DNA of 40,762 nucleotides from a virus (lineage: Duplodnaviria > Caudoviricetes), in IMG/VR virus record IMGVR_UViG_3300040971_000149, positions 1-40,762 of that record; one strand, 5' to 3'. This document shows, piece after piece, positions 1-9,700 of the stretch. The notes under the pieces were generated by a model. That model was not told the origin of the DNA. It saw only the letters and a program-made list of their open reading frames with translations, and searched no databases. The translations under genes were made by a program, and so were the position numbers. Positions within the stretch are counted from its first letter, which is position 1; every line of letters begins with the position of its first letter.

Positions 1-41
1 AATCCTGGTTTGCCCATGTTCGAGTCATGGTGGGGGCACCA
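1..41 (+). tRNA. 3' part of a host tRNA (truncated by window edge; isotype not determinable)
   Basis: T-arm CCATG-TTCGAGT-CATGG (14-30), acceptor strand TGGGGGC, discriminator A and encoded CCA (39-41); the anticodon lies outside the window. Confidence 0.85.
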
Positions 42-49
42 GTACAGAC

Positions 50-101
50 AGCGGTTTGCAGTTTTTCGGACACATCCGAGACCTGTGAACCGCTTTTCTT
101 T
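50..101 (+). terminator. Intrinsic terminator downstream of the tRNA
   Basis: Imperfect hairpin AGCGGTTTGCAG...TCGGA-CACA-TCCGA...CTGTGAACCGCT followed by TTTCTTT. Confidence 0.6.
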
Positions 102-129
102 GGTTCATCCGGTCTTGGCTGCCAGAATG

Positions 130-212
130 TGAGCGGTCGCGATAGTTGAGAATTTTTTGCACGGAAGATGAGAATTACTCAGGCGGAAAAAATTCTCATT
201 TATCGTGCAAAA
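130..212. repeat. Prophage end (MTase side) with three putative transposase-binding sites
   Basis: TGAGAATT-containing motifs at 130-154, 155-176 (TTTTGCACGGAAGATGAGAATT) and inverted 191-212 (AATTCTCATTTATCGTGCAAAA). Confidence 0.8.
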
Positions 213-230
213 GTGGTCGGCGTGAGGCAT

Positions 231-260
231 AAAAAAACGGGCCGATTTCGGCCCGTTTTT
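231..260. terminator. Bidirectional intrinsic terminator
   Basis: A7-CGGGCCGA-TT-TCGGCCCG-T5, just after the stop of the 289-441 gene. Confidence 0.8.
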
Positions 261-288
261 CGTATCGTTTTTGTCCGATCCGACCAGG

Positions 289-441
289 TTAGATTGCCTC
301 GTATCCGGAGCGGATCAGGCGTTCACCTTCGGCCATGGTGACAACCCAGAATTTCATGTCGTCGCCGAGGATGATCATCATCGCCTTGACGGCTCGGTCT
401 GCGAAGTCTCGTGCGATCTGCTGCTTGGAAAACTTGAACAT
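289..441 (-). CDS. Small hypothetical protein (50 aa, MFKFSKQQ...), terminal moron
   Basis: GGAGG RBS before ATG at 441; AT-rich upstream region; followed by terminator. Confidence 0.7.
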   Translation of the reverse strand: MFKFSKQQIARDFADRAVKAMMIILGDDMKFWVVTMAEGERLIRSGYEAI

Positions 442-526
442 TTGGCCTCCCGCGTTTTGGTGATCAAACCATTGCTCCACGTGGGCGACGAGTCAAGTTA
501 ATAGTGCAAAATCAACGTGTTACCTA

Positions 527-1288
527 TTAATAGTTCGTGATAAACACTTCTTTGGCAGGCTTCACCCCTTTACCCACCGTGTACGTCAGTGTTTCGCTCT
601 CAATTCTGAAATCGCGAAAGATATCACGGACCTCAGGGACATCATTCAGCGTCAGCAAAAACTTGCCCCGCACACCAGCCAGGATTTCCCGCAGTCGGGC
701 GAAGTCGTCGCGGCTGAACATCTCCTTGCCGTAATAATCCTCACAACCCCAGTAAGGTGGATCCACAAAGAAGAACGTCTCCGGGCGGTCATATTTGGCG
801 ATGACATGGTCGTATGGCAGGCACTCCACGTAGGCCCGCGACAGGCGCAGATGTGCGCCGGACAGATCCTCCTCAATACGCAAGAGGTTCAACTTCGGCG
901 GCCGAGTCACGGCGGTGCCGAAGCTCGGGTTTACAATGCGGCCACCAAAACAACACTTCTGCAAATAAAAGAACCTGGCAGCGCGCTGCACATCCGTCAG
1001 CGTCTCTGGTTCCACCCGCTTCATCCGGTCAAACTCGTCTCGGCTGACCAGCATCCACTTGAAGTAGCGGATAAACTCTTCCAGATGATGCTGGACAACC
1101 CGGTAGAGGGTGACCACATCGCGGTTCAGATCATTGATCACCTCGACCTCGGATTCGGGCTTGCGAAACAAGACCCAAGCCCCGCCCGCGAACGCCTCCA
1201 CGTAACAACCATGTTCCGGGATCCGCGCGATGATGCGCTTCGCGAGCTGTGACTTGCCTCCGATCCATCCTGACAGTGGACTTTTCAT
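527..1288 (-). CDS. D12-class (Dam-like) N6-adenine DNA methyltransferase
   Basis: WIGGKS, EAFAGGAWV (SAM-binding), INDLN and DPPY motifs; occupies the Mu mom position. Confidence 0.92.
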   Translation of the reverse strand: MKSPLSGWIGGKSQLAKRIIARIPEHGCYVEAFAGGAWVLFRKPESEVEVINDLNRDVVTLYRVVQHHLEEFIRYFKWMLVSRDEFDRMKRVEPETLTDVQRAARFFYLQKCCFGGRIVNPSFGTAVTRPPKLNLLRIEEDLSGAHLRLSRAYVECLPYDHVIAKYDRPETFFFVDPPYWGCEDYYGKEMFSRDDFARLREILAGVRGKFLLTLNDVPEVRDIFRDFRIESETLTYTVGKGVKPAKEVFITNY

Positions 1289-1329
1289 TATCCTTCCGTT
1301 GCGGTTACGCTTCAGCCGTGCTACCCGAA

Positions 1330-1448
1330 CCTACCTGCCGGAATGTCAATTGCGGTAGGCTTGGGGGGCGGCGGCTTCGGCCGTGGACCGGTGTTGGAGC
1401 ACCGGGCCAGTGGAGGCGCGGTAACGCCTCTGCCTGCTCCTCTTTTTT
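1330..1448 (+). ncRNA. Candidate structured antisense RNA upstream of the MTase
   Basis: Four-way junction with cUUCGg arm (1372-1383), CCGGT-GTTGGAGC-ACCGG arm, GAGGC-GCGGTAAC-GCCTC arm, closing stem 1363-1371/1432-1442, then T6. Confidence 0.5.
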
Positions 1449-1477
1449 CGATCAACAATTTCAGGCTACAGCGGCCC

Positions 1478-1900
1478 CTATTCCCCCACCTCATCAGGCC
1501 ACAAAAGCGGGGGCAAGGCCGCAAGAAACTCCCCCTCTGTCGGGATAGGGGCTGTACCATCCTGCACCTGCCCGAGGACGGAATAGGCGGTTGCAAACGT
1601 CTCATCCCGCCAGACAACACCAGCCCGGCCCTCGGCCCGGAATTTCCAGTGCGTGCTGGTCGCGTAGGAGCATCGCGACAGGATGCCGTCATAGAGGCGT
1701 TCCCGCGCTTTCGCGTCGAGGCGGTCTTGGGCGAGCTGGGAGTAGTGACGCAGTGTAGCCTGTGGGTCGGCGCTTTGCTGCCCGATTTCCCGTTGCTCCG
1801 ACAGCGCCCAAAACTCGGCCTCTGTGATTTTCTGGGATTCTACCCCACCTATCGGGTCACCGGAGTGTGGGCCGTGTTTCGGATGGGTAAAAAATGCCAT
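1478..1900 (-). CDS. Tail fibre assembly/chaperone-like protein
   Basis: Directly after the tail fibre gene; SYATS...FRAEG...WRD...LPPLLWP pattern resembles fibre chaperones. Confidence 0.7.
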   Translation of the reverse strand: MAFFTHPKHGPHSGDPIGGVESQKITEAEFWALSEQREIGQQSADPQATLRHYSQLAQDRLDAKARERLYDGILSRCSYATSTHWKFRAEGRAGVVWRDETFATAYSVLGQVQDGTAPIPTEGEFLAALPPLLWPDEVGE

Positions 1901-1909
1901 ATCGCCCTC

Positions 1910-2794
1910 CTATGCTGTCGGTTGCGTGACGAGCAAACGATGATTCCGCGTTTTTGTTGTATATGTACTGGTCGTACTGGAGCGCTTCTGTATCGTAACA
2001 ACATCACCGACCAGGACGTCAATTGTTTTTGATCTAGTGGCGTATGTCCCGGATGTTTGGTTCCATTCTTCGAGAGCCTCACCGTTTTTGCAAATCCGCG
2101 CATATGCAGTCCCACTCAATGCGCAGGCCATCTCAAACGACACCGTTACCTGTCCTGGATGGTCTACTTTAAACATCAAATCTTTGTGGCCGGATGTACT
2201 ATCAAAAACGCCATCAGATATTTGCTGGAGCGCGCGCACATCTCCCCACACGGGGATTGCATCATACGATACAACACTCGCACACGTCCGCTCGGCGTCA
2301 CTCGCTAAGTAGATGCTGCCGCCTGCCTCGTGTTGATATCCTGGAGTGGCTGCCGCAACCGGCTTGGCGGCACAAACCCATCCTGCCCCGGTGCACACGA
2401 TGATAGCCGACAACCCAGCCCCGATGCCCAGCGTAGTGGCACCGTCAATCGTCTCAGACCCGGACGGATCAATCGTGATGGATCCCGTGCCGGTATTAGC
2501 CACGGCGACCACAAAACCAGCCCCCAGTGTCGCGGAGGCGGTCAGGGATAGGGTCCATGTTCCGGAGCACGTCAGGAGCTTACCCCGGTCAGTCGCAACG
2601 ACGGTATAAGCGGATGCCTTCGCGGCCACGCCAGCCCCAAAAATCGCCCCAAGGGCGGCCTGGGCTGCTGCGGCAGTTCCCGCTGTGCCGAGCAATCCGG
2701 ATAGGTACGACACCAGATTCGCAATCCACGTCTTCTGCTGGTCCTCTGTGACTGTGCCACCCGTGAAATCAGCGGCTACCGGTAGCGTTGGCAT
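1910..2794 (-). CDS. Tail fibre / receptor-binding protein
   Basis: Ala/Gly/Thr-rich N-half (YTVVATDRGKLL, ITIDPSGSETIDG) with a lower-GC C-terminal domain; follows the J-like gene. Confidence 0.8.
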   Translation of the reverse strand: MPTLPVAADFTGGTVTEDQQKTWIANLVSYLSGLLGTAGTAAAAQAALGAIFGAGVAAKASAYTVVATDRGKLLTCSGTWTLSLTASATLGAGFVVAVANTGTGSITIDPSGSETIDGATTLGIGAGLSAIIVCTGAGWVCAAKPVAAATPGYQHEAGGSIYLASDAERTCASVVSYDAIPVWGDVRALQQISDGVFDSTSGHKDLMFKVDHPGQVTVSFEMACALSGTAYARICKNGEALEEWNQTSGTYATRSKTIDVLVGDVVTIQKRSSTTSTYTTKTRNHRLLVTQPTA

Positions 2795-5452
2795 TTAATA
2801 CCTCCAGGCAAGGGTTGATCCGTCAACGTTCCACGCCAGGGTTGAGCCATCAGCGTGCCACGCGTAGCTGGCTGTGGACCCATAATGAATCATGACCCAC
2901 GGGCCACGGGCCGCGCCGACAGCCGCCACGCGGATGATGGTCGCGTTGCCATAGATGGCCTGGGCGGTGTATGAGTTTGTCGATGTTTCGCCGGTTCTGA
3001 TCCATGACTCGTAATCATTGCTTTGTTCAATAATATAGTGATCTGCCCAAGGCGCATGGTTCCAACTCAACAGCATGGCCGTCGGATTAAGGGGCATTGA
3101 TCGAGAGATGAGCCCAGACAGGGCCGGTGCGAGTTGATACCCGGCAAGCTGGCTGGTTTCCGCCGGCGGGATGGCTACGCCATCCTCGATTGTGTGCACG
3201 CGCGGATCTTCGTTGACACACTCGATTTCGATGTCCGTCATGCTCCTGGGCACAACTGACAGGACGCGGGCAGGCTGATAGACCGTCGCGCCCCAGCCGA
3301 ATATAACATGGGTCCGCTCCCCGTCCGTGCCGGTGTATGGCGCCCATGCCCCTCCGTTGGTCGGGTCATCCACCAACTCGACTTCATTGGCTGTAGCCCC
3401 TGCGACCACTTGGAACGGGCCGTGAAATTCGCCGATACGAGTCCGGAACGCTACATAATGCGTTTCCCCGTCGGCCCATGTCAGATCCTCATCAAGCGTC
3501 GCCGTCAGAGTGGCCGCGTCCCAGGCGACAACCTCGGCAGACTGCCCCCAGCCGGGCATGACATGCTGCACCGCGATCAGGTCGCCCATGGACAGGGACT
3601 GGCCCTCGGCGTCAGCCGTGAATGAAATCAGCTTGCGCCGCCAGAGGTTGCACCCGACTTTGTAGAGGCCTTCGCGGCCAGCCTGGTTTCGGTCCACAAC
3701 CCCGAACAGCTCCACCGTGGGTGGCTTGGTGGTCGTGGCACCTGCCACGCCGACAGTCACGCGCCGGTCAGCCCAGGCCACGCCATCGAAATACTTGACT
3801 GTGACTTTGTCCGCCGTCTCTTCGCTCGGCATGACGTAGTTGATCTTGAACGATCCCTTACGGATGTTGCGCATGCTGAACACGGCCACGGGCAGGCTCT
3901 CGGCCTGGTCCCGCACCACGCGCAGAATCCCGCCTTGGACATAGGGCTTGACCCGCCCGGCCTCCAGGATGGCGCACAACGCTTCCCATGCCCCGCGCAG
4001 GGAATCGAACCGGCCGTTGAATTCATCCCCTCTGGTTGCCAGGATGCCGTTCAGGGTCAGCAGCGCGTCCAGGTCGATGCGGCTTTCCGGCCAGATTTCC
4101 CGGGCCAGATGCGCGGCAGCCCACGCAATGGACCTCGTTGCGGCGCGATCACTCCAGGCATAGCCAGTCCACTGCTCCAACTCGCGCGTGGCGATCAGGC
4201 GGACCTTGCGGGCGCTCATACTCGACAACTGGTTCGTGGCCCGCATTTTGACCGCGACGTGGGTCATGTCGTCCCAGGTCGTGTTGTCGCGCAGATAGGC
4301 CCTGAGCCCTGCCCACGCGATGGCGTGTCCGTAGCGCGTGTCGGTCTCTTCCACGTTCGTGCGCTTGACGCGGGCCTTGTAGCGACCGGGAGTGACGGCC
4401 ACCTTTTCGGAGTACCGCTGCGGTGTGGGCGTGCTGGCCGTGTAGGTCACTGACCTGGCCGTATACCACGAACCGATTTCAGTGCCGAAATCGTCGATCT
4501 GACACAGCATCAGGTCCGCCGTGACCGTCATGGACGAGAGCGACCCGTTGTCGTTGGCGTGATAAAGCCCGCGCGCGCAAACTAGGTCGAAGCCGATATG
4601 TTGCGACACAGTCTCTGGTGCCGAGGCCGTGAAGTCGCCGACGTTCGTGTTGTAGGGCATTTCGTTGCCGGCCACTTCGGTGGCTGTGACCACCGCCCCA
4701 GGAAACATACCCAGCGATTCGCCGGGATTGATGACCTCGTATTCGACTTCGTCGAACTCGGAAAACGGCGTGTCCTCAATGCCGATGGACTCGATATCAT
4801 ACCAGCCGCGCCCGACGCACAGGAGCATGTAGAGGTATTGCTCCTGGCCGTGGTATTCCATGTATGGTTGGGCGGCCAGGTCCGGATAAAAGGCCATGCG
4901 CCCAAAGTGCTCCGGGATGGCTTGTTCCAGCCTGGCCATGTTGCCCTGGGCCTGCAGGTTATAGGTTGGGCTGGCCGTCTGCGTTCCGGACCCGAGGGCA
5001 AGGTTTTGGTTTTGCGCCGGGAGCAGTGCGTTGACCAGGGCCGAGCCGACCATCATGACTGCGCCTGCCCCGATAGCCCCCCACGCGGATCCTCCAAGCC
5101 CAAGAAGAGTCCCGCTGCCAGCGAACATGGCGGCCCCTCCGATCCACGCCGCCATGCCAGCAGACAGCGCCACAACCGCCAACATGGCGATCATCCTGAC
5201 CGGGTTCGACCCACCGCCTCCACCCTGTGGGATGGCCTCCACGTCCACGAACATGAGCACCTGTCCGCGCTCGACGACGACATGCCAGTCGCGGCGCATG
5301 ACCGGCTTGCCGTTCAACAGGGCGATGTACGGCCGTCGCCAGTCCGGGGCCAGGGCCTGGATTTGCTGGCCGGGCACCAGCGCCGTGACGGTCCGATTCT
5401 GCGGACAGAGGGCATGGCGTAAAGTCACGAGCGTGGCGCAATCAGTCCGCAT
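2795..5452 (-). CDS. Host-specificity / central tail tip protein (lambda J/TipJ-like, N-terminal I-like region)
   Basis: 885 aa; ubiquitin-like start, PQGGGGG linker, IPEHFGR...YPDL motif, C-terminal FN3-like segment; synteny. Confidence 0.85.
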   Translation of the reverse strand: MRTDCATLVTLRHALCPQNRTVTALVPGQQIQALAPDWRRPYIALLNGKPVMRRDWHVVVERGQVLMFVDVEAIPQGGGGGSNPVRMIAMLAVVALSAGMAAWIGGAAMFAGSGTLLGLGGSAWGAIGAGAVMMVGSALVNALLPAQNQNLALGSGTQTASPTYNLQAQGNMARLEQAIPEHFGRMAFYPDLAAQPYMEYHGQEQYLYMLLCVGRGWYDIESIGIEDTPFSEFDEVEYEVINPGESLGMFPGAVVTATEVAGNEMPYNTNVGDFTASAPETVSQHIGFDLVCARGLYHANDNGSLSSMTVTADLMLCQIDDFGTEIGSWYTARSVTYTASTPTPQRYSEKVAVTPGRYKARVKRTNVEETDTRYGHAIAWAGLRAYLRDNTTWDDMTHVAVKMRATNQLSSMSARKVRLIATRELEQWTGYAWSDRAATRSIAWAAAHLAREIWPESRIDLDALLTLNGILATRGDEFNGRFDSLRGAWEALCAILEAGRVKPYVQGGILRVVRDQAESLPVAVFSMRNIRKGSFKINYVMPSEETADKVTVKYFDGVAWADRRVTVGVAGATTTKPPTVELFGVVDRNQAGREGLYKVGCNLWRRKLISFTADAEGQSLSMGDLIAVQHVMPGWGQSAEVVAWDAATLTATLDEDLTWADGETHYVAFRTRIGEFHGPFQVVAGATANEVELVDDPTNGGAWAPYTGTDGERTHVIFGWGATVYQPARVLSVVPRSMTDIEIECVNEDPRVHTIEDGVAIPPAETSQLAGYQLAPALSGLISRSMPLNPTAMLLSWNHAPWADHYIIEQSNDYESWIRTGETSTNSYTAQAIYGNATIIRVAAVGAARGPWVMIHYGSTASYAWHADGSTLAWNVDGSTLAWRY

Positions 5453-5852
5453 GGCGACCTCCGGTGTGACGCAGGTACTCGCGGCGACCGAAACCGGACG
5501 CGCCCCAGGCCGCGAAACGGGTGAAGATCACGCCCGCACCCTTGACGCAGTGCAGCACGCCCGGCCCGGTCGGCGTCTCGATCCATATCCCGACGTGACG
5601 CGGCTTGTGGACAATGACCAGGTCCCCGTGGTGCGGCTCCCAAACGTTTCGCCAGCCTTGCTTCTCGGCCTCGCCGGAAATGAGCAGGGCCAGGGCCACA
5701 CCGTCGGCATAGTCCCGGTCCTGATCGGCCAAAACGTCAACGCCGAAATGCACCCGTTGGACGTGAGCGAAAAAAGACCCGCAGTCCCAGGCGTCAGGCC
5801 CGGCCGCGTGCTCGCACCAGGGTAGTCCGATGTATTTGGCAAACTCGCTCAC
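5442..5852 (-). CDS. NlpC/P60-family tail assembly protein (K-like)
   Basis: YIGLPW, WDCG, HVGI, VLHC motifs; GTG start overlapping upstream stop (GTGA). Confidence 0.85.
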   Translation of the reverse strand: MSEFAKYIGLPWCEHAAGPDAWDCGSFFAHVQRVHFGVDVLADQDRDYADGVALALLISGEAEKQGWRNVWEPHHGDLVIVHKPRHVGIWIETPTGPGVLHCVKGAGVIFTRFAAWGASGFGRREYLRHTGGRHAD

Positions 5853-6376
5853 GAGACCACCAGCCCAGGGTGCGTCTCGGACGTGTAGACCATGGTCGGG
5901 TATTGCTTGTTCCGGAACTGCGGAAATCCGCACTCCATGGTCACGGCGTAGATGTCGGAGGTGATGACTTGCGCCTCCATGGTCACGGGCGGGTCATTCT
6001 CCGGCCCGTCCAGCAATCCAGCCCCCAGGTACTCCCGGAACGTGACGTAGACCGGCGTGGTGGAGTGCACCACGGAATCAATGGCGGCCGTGATGGCCGG
6101 ATCGATGTTTTCGATACTGATTTTCATCCGTCCAGGGCCGTCGGCGGTCATGTCCGGGGTCACGAAATCGAACTTGTAACGGATGAACGACACGACAGCG
6201 CCGGGGTCAACCGCTGCGTCAGCCTCAAGCCTCGCGTCAATGTCGTCGAGGCCGTAGACGATACGGATTGGCTGCGTGAGACTGGCGTGACGGATCTCCA
6301 GGGTGAAGTACTGCACGTCACCGGGCGCGCTGGCCCTGGCTTCCAGGATGGCTTCCGACAATGACGGATCAGGCAT
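5849..6376 (-). CDS. DUF1833-like minor tail protein
   Basis: EARASAP...TLEIRH...PIRIV and C-terminal YP..VYT...HPGL pattern; position between distal tail and NlpC genes. Confidence 0.75.
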   Translation of the reverse strand: MPDPSLSEAILEARASAPGDVQYFTLEIRHASLTQPIRIVYGLDDIDARLEADAAVDPGAVVSFIRYKFDFVTPDMTADGPGRMKISIENIDPAITAAIDSVVHSTTPVYVTFREYLGAGLLDGPENDPPVTMEAQVITSDIYAVTMECGFPQFRNKQYPTMVYTSETHPGLVVS

Positions 6377-6731
6377 GGCGCACCTCAAGGGTGGCGGTCA
6401 CGGTCCAGCGCAAACCAGACAGAGGTGTGGACTGGAACGGTCCTGAGAACCTGGCGTCATACGTGGCGACACCCCCACCTCCTATGGCCAGTGGCGCCTG
6501 GAACCAGGCCGCTCCCCCGTTTGCTCCGTCGAGGCGATAGAACCAATCCTGAAAATCATTCATGTCGGCGTCGGACTTAAAGATCCACTGCACCTTGACC
6601 TTGGAAAACCTGCTGGTGGAGATGCGACGCACACGGCCGACACCAATCTCAAATTGGGCCGATCGGAGGCACTGCTCCTGTGGGTCAACACTATAATCAG
6701 CGTAACACGGGACTGGCGGAGCCGTAATCAC
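6369..6731 (-). CDS. Distal/minor tail protein
   Basis: Follows tape measure; GAAWF..PL, ARF..PF, WTVTATLE pattern. Confidence 0.7.
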   Translation of the reverse strand: MITAPPVPCYADYSVDPQEQCLRSAQFEIGVGRVRRISTSRFSKVKVQWIFKSDADMNDFQDWFYRLDGANGGAAWFQAPLAIGGGGVATYDARFSGPFQSTPLSGLRWTVTATLEVRHA

Positions 6732-9700
6732 GAGAGCCTCGAGCGTTGCGACAGTACACGTGCCGTGGCCCCGCGACCCTGCGCGATGTTGGCGGCCAGG
6801 CGCGTGTCGATCTGGTCAAAGAAAATATCAAGGGTGAACGAGCCGTCCTGGCCCTGGCTTTGTTCGACCTGTCCGCCCTTGCCCGGGGATTCGTGAATGT
6901 TGACGGAGATGTTTGGAGCGCCCGAGGCGCGGACCCCGAGCCGCCCGGACGAATCCCGCGAGAGTGGCATGATGGCCTCCGGACCTGCCTCGGCAAACAC
7001 TCCCCCCAAGGCAAAGGGCCGGTATCCGCTGGCATCAAAATACGTCGGTGTGTTGCGCACGGTGTTGACGTAGCGGTCCAGCCCACCGTTAAAAACATTG
7101 CCTTTGGCGCTGGCGATGCCCAGGCCGCTCGTGACGTTTGTCAGAGCAGATGCCCCGGCGGATCCTCCGTTGAAGAGCCAATCCAGGGCCGAAGACAGCC
7201 CGCCAGCCAAGGGTTGCGTGATGGATTGCTGCATGGCCAGGCGCGCGAAATCGGCGATGATCGAGTTGACCACGTCCGTCGTGGACGTTTTGACGCCCAT
7301 CAGCATATTCACTGCGGCGTCCTCGATGCCCTGCATGGACTTCGTCGCCGCGTCTTTGGCCGTCTCGAACCCGTCACTGGCGGTCGTGGCATAGTCCTGC
7401 ACGCCCTGCTTGAGCCCATCCGCCCAGGTCTGGGTCCGGGCGGTCGCGTTCATTTCTTGGATCTTGTCCAGGATGGCCTGCAATTCCGCCCGGGCCAGAG
7501 GGTTCGAGGCGGCGAGCATCAGCCGCTCGATCTGCGGGATCAGGTCCGATTCCAGCGCCCGGGCCTGCTCGCCGATGGTGGACTTGAGCTTTGCCCGGGC
7601 CGAGGCTTCCGTTTCCAGGCCGGTGATGACGCGGGACTGGAGGGACTGTTCGGTGGCGGCGATGATGGCCTGGGCGTCTGACATGGCCTTGTCCACTCGC
7701 TCCCGGGCGGCCTTGGCCTGATCCGCCGCCAAATCGGCCACGGCCGTGTCCGCCTGGATGCGCAGGACCTGGGCGCGGCCTTCAGCCTCGGCAATTTTTT
7801 CGTCCAATTGGCGGATCTGATCTGAAATCTGTTCCGCACCGCGCTTACCGCCCGGGTTCAAGGCCTCCAACCGCGCCTTCTCGGCCGCTGCCTGGGCCGC
7901 GATCCCTTCCTGGGCCGCGATCTCGGCCTGGGACTCGGCGGTAATTATGCGTCGGCGTTCCGCGTAATAGGCTTCCAGGCCGATTGTGTTGGCCTCGAAC
8001 CCGCGCTGGGCGATACTCATTTCTCCGGCCAGGCGAGCCTTGAGGATGTCCAATTCCCGCTGGGACTGGGCCTGCATGGAAGAGAGCGCGGACTTGCCGT
8101 AATCGTCGAGGTCCAGAGACTCTCCGGCCGCAGATCCTTTTTTCTTGAAGCTCTCGCGGATCAGGGCCTCGGCCGCCTTGTACTCCGCCGAGTCCACCGC
8201 GATTCCGGCTTCCTTGGCCTGGGCAGCCAGGTCCTTGAGGGCGCCGCCGATCGGGTCAATCCTGTCGCGGAACTTGTCCAGCCACTGGTTAAACGATTTA
8301 CCCAGGATTTCGGCTCCCAAAGCGGATCCGGTCGTTCTGGCCCCGGCCTCCAGCTTCTGCCGGCCCAGGCGCGCGGCCTCCTGCAGGCGGCTATATGCTT
8401 GGCTGACTGCGTTTTCGGCGTCGCGGATCTCCATGTCGTCGGTTTCCCACAACCGACTGACCTTCCACGCGTCGCCCTTGGACGCGACCACCGCGTTACG
8501 CGCTGCCTCCGCAGCGGCAACATCCTCCCGGAAAGGTGCCAGAACGTCTTCGCCAAAGGCCTGGGCATTGCGCATACGCTTGAGTGCGTCGACAGCGCGG
8601 TCCGTGGCTGATGCGGCCTTGTCTCCGGCGTCTTCCGCCTTGTTGCCCCAGATCATCCAGGCCGTGGCCCCGGCCGTCAAAAGCGTAGTGATGATACCGA
8701 TCGAGCCACCCATGAGCCTGAGCACGCCGGTCCACCCACGGGCCACGACGCTGCCTTGGGCCTGGGCTGTATTCAGGGCCGTGGTGGCCGTGGTCAGATT
8801 TGCCCGGGCCGCCGTCAGGGCTTGTTCCGCCGCCACAGACCGGAACATGGCCGGGAGCGCGGCCAGTCGCCGTTCGGCGGCGATGACCTCAGCCCCGGCC
8901 TCGGCCACAACGGCCTGATGTAACCGGATGGTGCTCGCGGTGGCGGCGGCCTGCGCGGCCACAGTCTGGGCCGCCCAGGTCACGGCGGCCTGTCCGCCCC
9001 GGACCATGGCCACGGTCAACCCGCCCACGGCCGCCACGGCCACGCCGCCCAGCATCTCGCGCATATGCTCGGCCACGTAGTCGAAGGTGGCGGCCACGCT
9101 CTGACCCGCCCCGGTCCACTGGTTGGCCGCGTCCACCATGCGCCCGAATTCATCGGACGCGTGGCTTGCGGCCTGGCCCATGGTGCGCTTGTAATTCTCG
9201 GCCTGGGCTTCCAACACTCCGGCCTGGCTTTCCAGGGCCGCGACGACCACGTCCGTGGTCAACAGCCCCTGCTCGGCCAGTGCCCGGAGCTTGCCAATGG
9301 GCAGTCCCAGGCCATCGGCCAGGGCCTTGGCCAGACGCGGGCCGTTTTCCATGATGGAGTTGAACTCTTCGCCGCGCAGCACTCCGGATCCCAAGGCCTG
9401 GGAGAACTGACGGACCACGGCGGTGGATTCGGCCGTGGCCGCCCCGGACAGCTGCAGCGCCCGGGCCGTGACCTCTGTCGTGGTGGCGATGCGTTCCTGG
9501 GTCAGTCCGTACCCGGCACCGACCTGCGAGAGTCGGGACAACAGCGTGGCCGTCGATTCATAGCCGGTGCCGGTCTTGGCCGATACTGCATACGCCCGTT
9601 CCTGGGCCGCGTTAAAGGCGTTTTGGGAGCCGACGGCGATGAGCAGGCGGGAGTTGACGCCCTGGATCTGGTCAGCCAGTTGCCCGATCCGCTGCGCGCG

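Noticed and set aside
1-41. tRNA 3' end as an att site for integrase-mediated insertion
   Set aside because: No duplicate of the tRNA end at the other boundary and no tyrosine or serine integrase; the element has transposon-type ends starting at 130.
1910-5452. Diversity-generating retroelement or invertible tail-fibre segment
   Set aside because: No reverse transcriptase, invertase, TR/VR pair or long flanking inverted repeats were seen.
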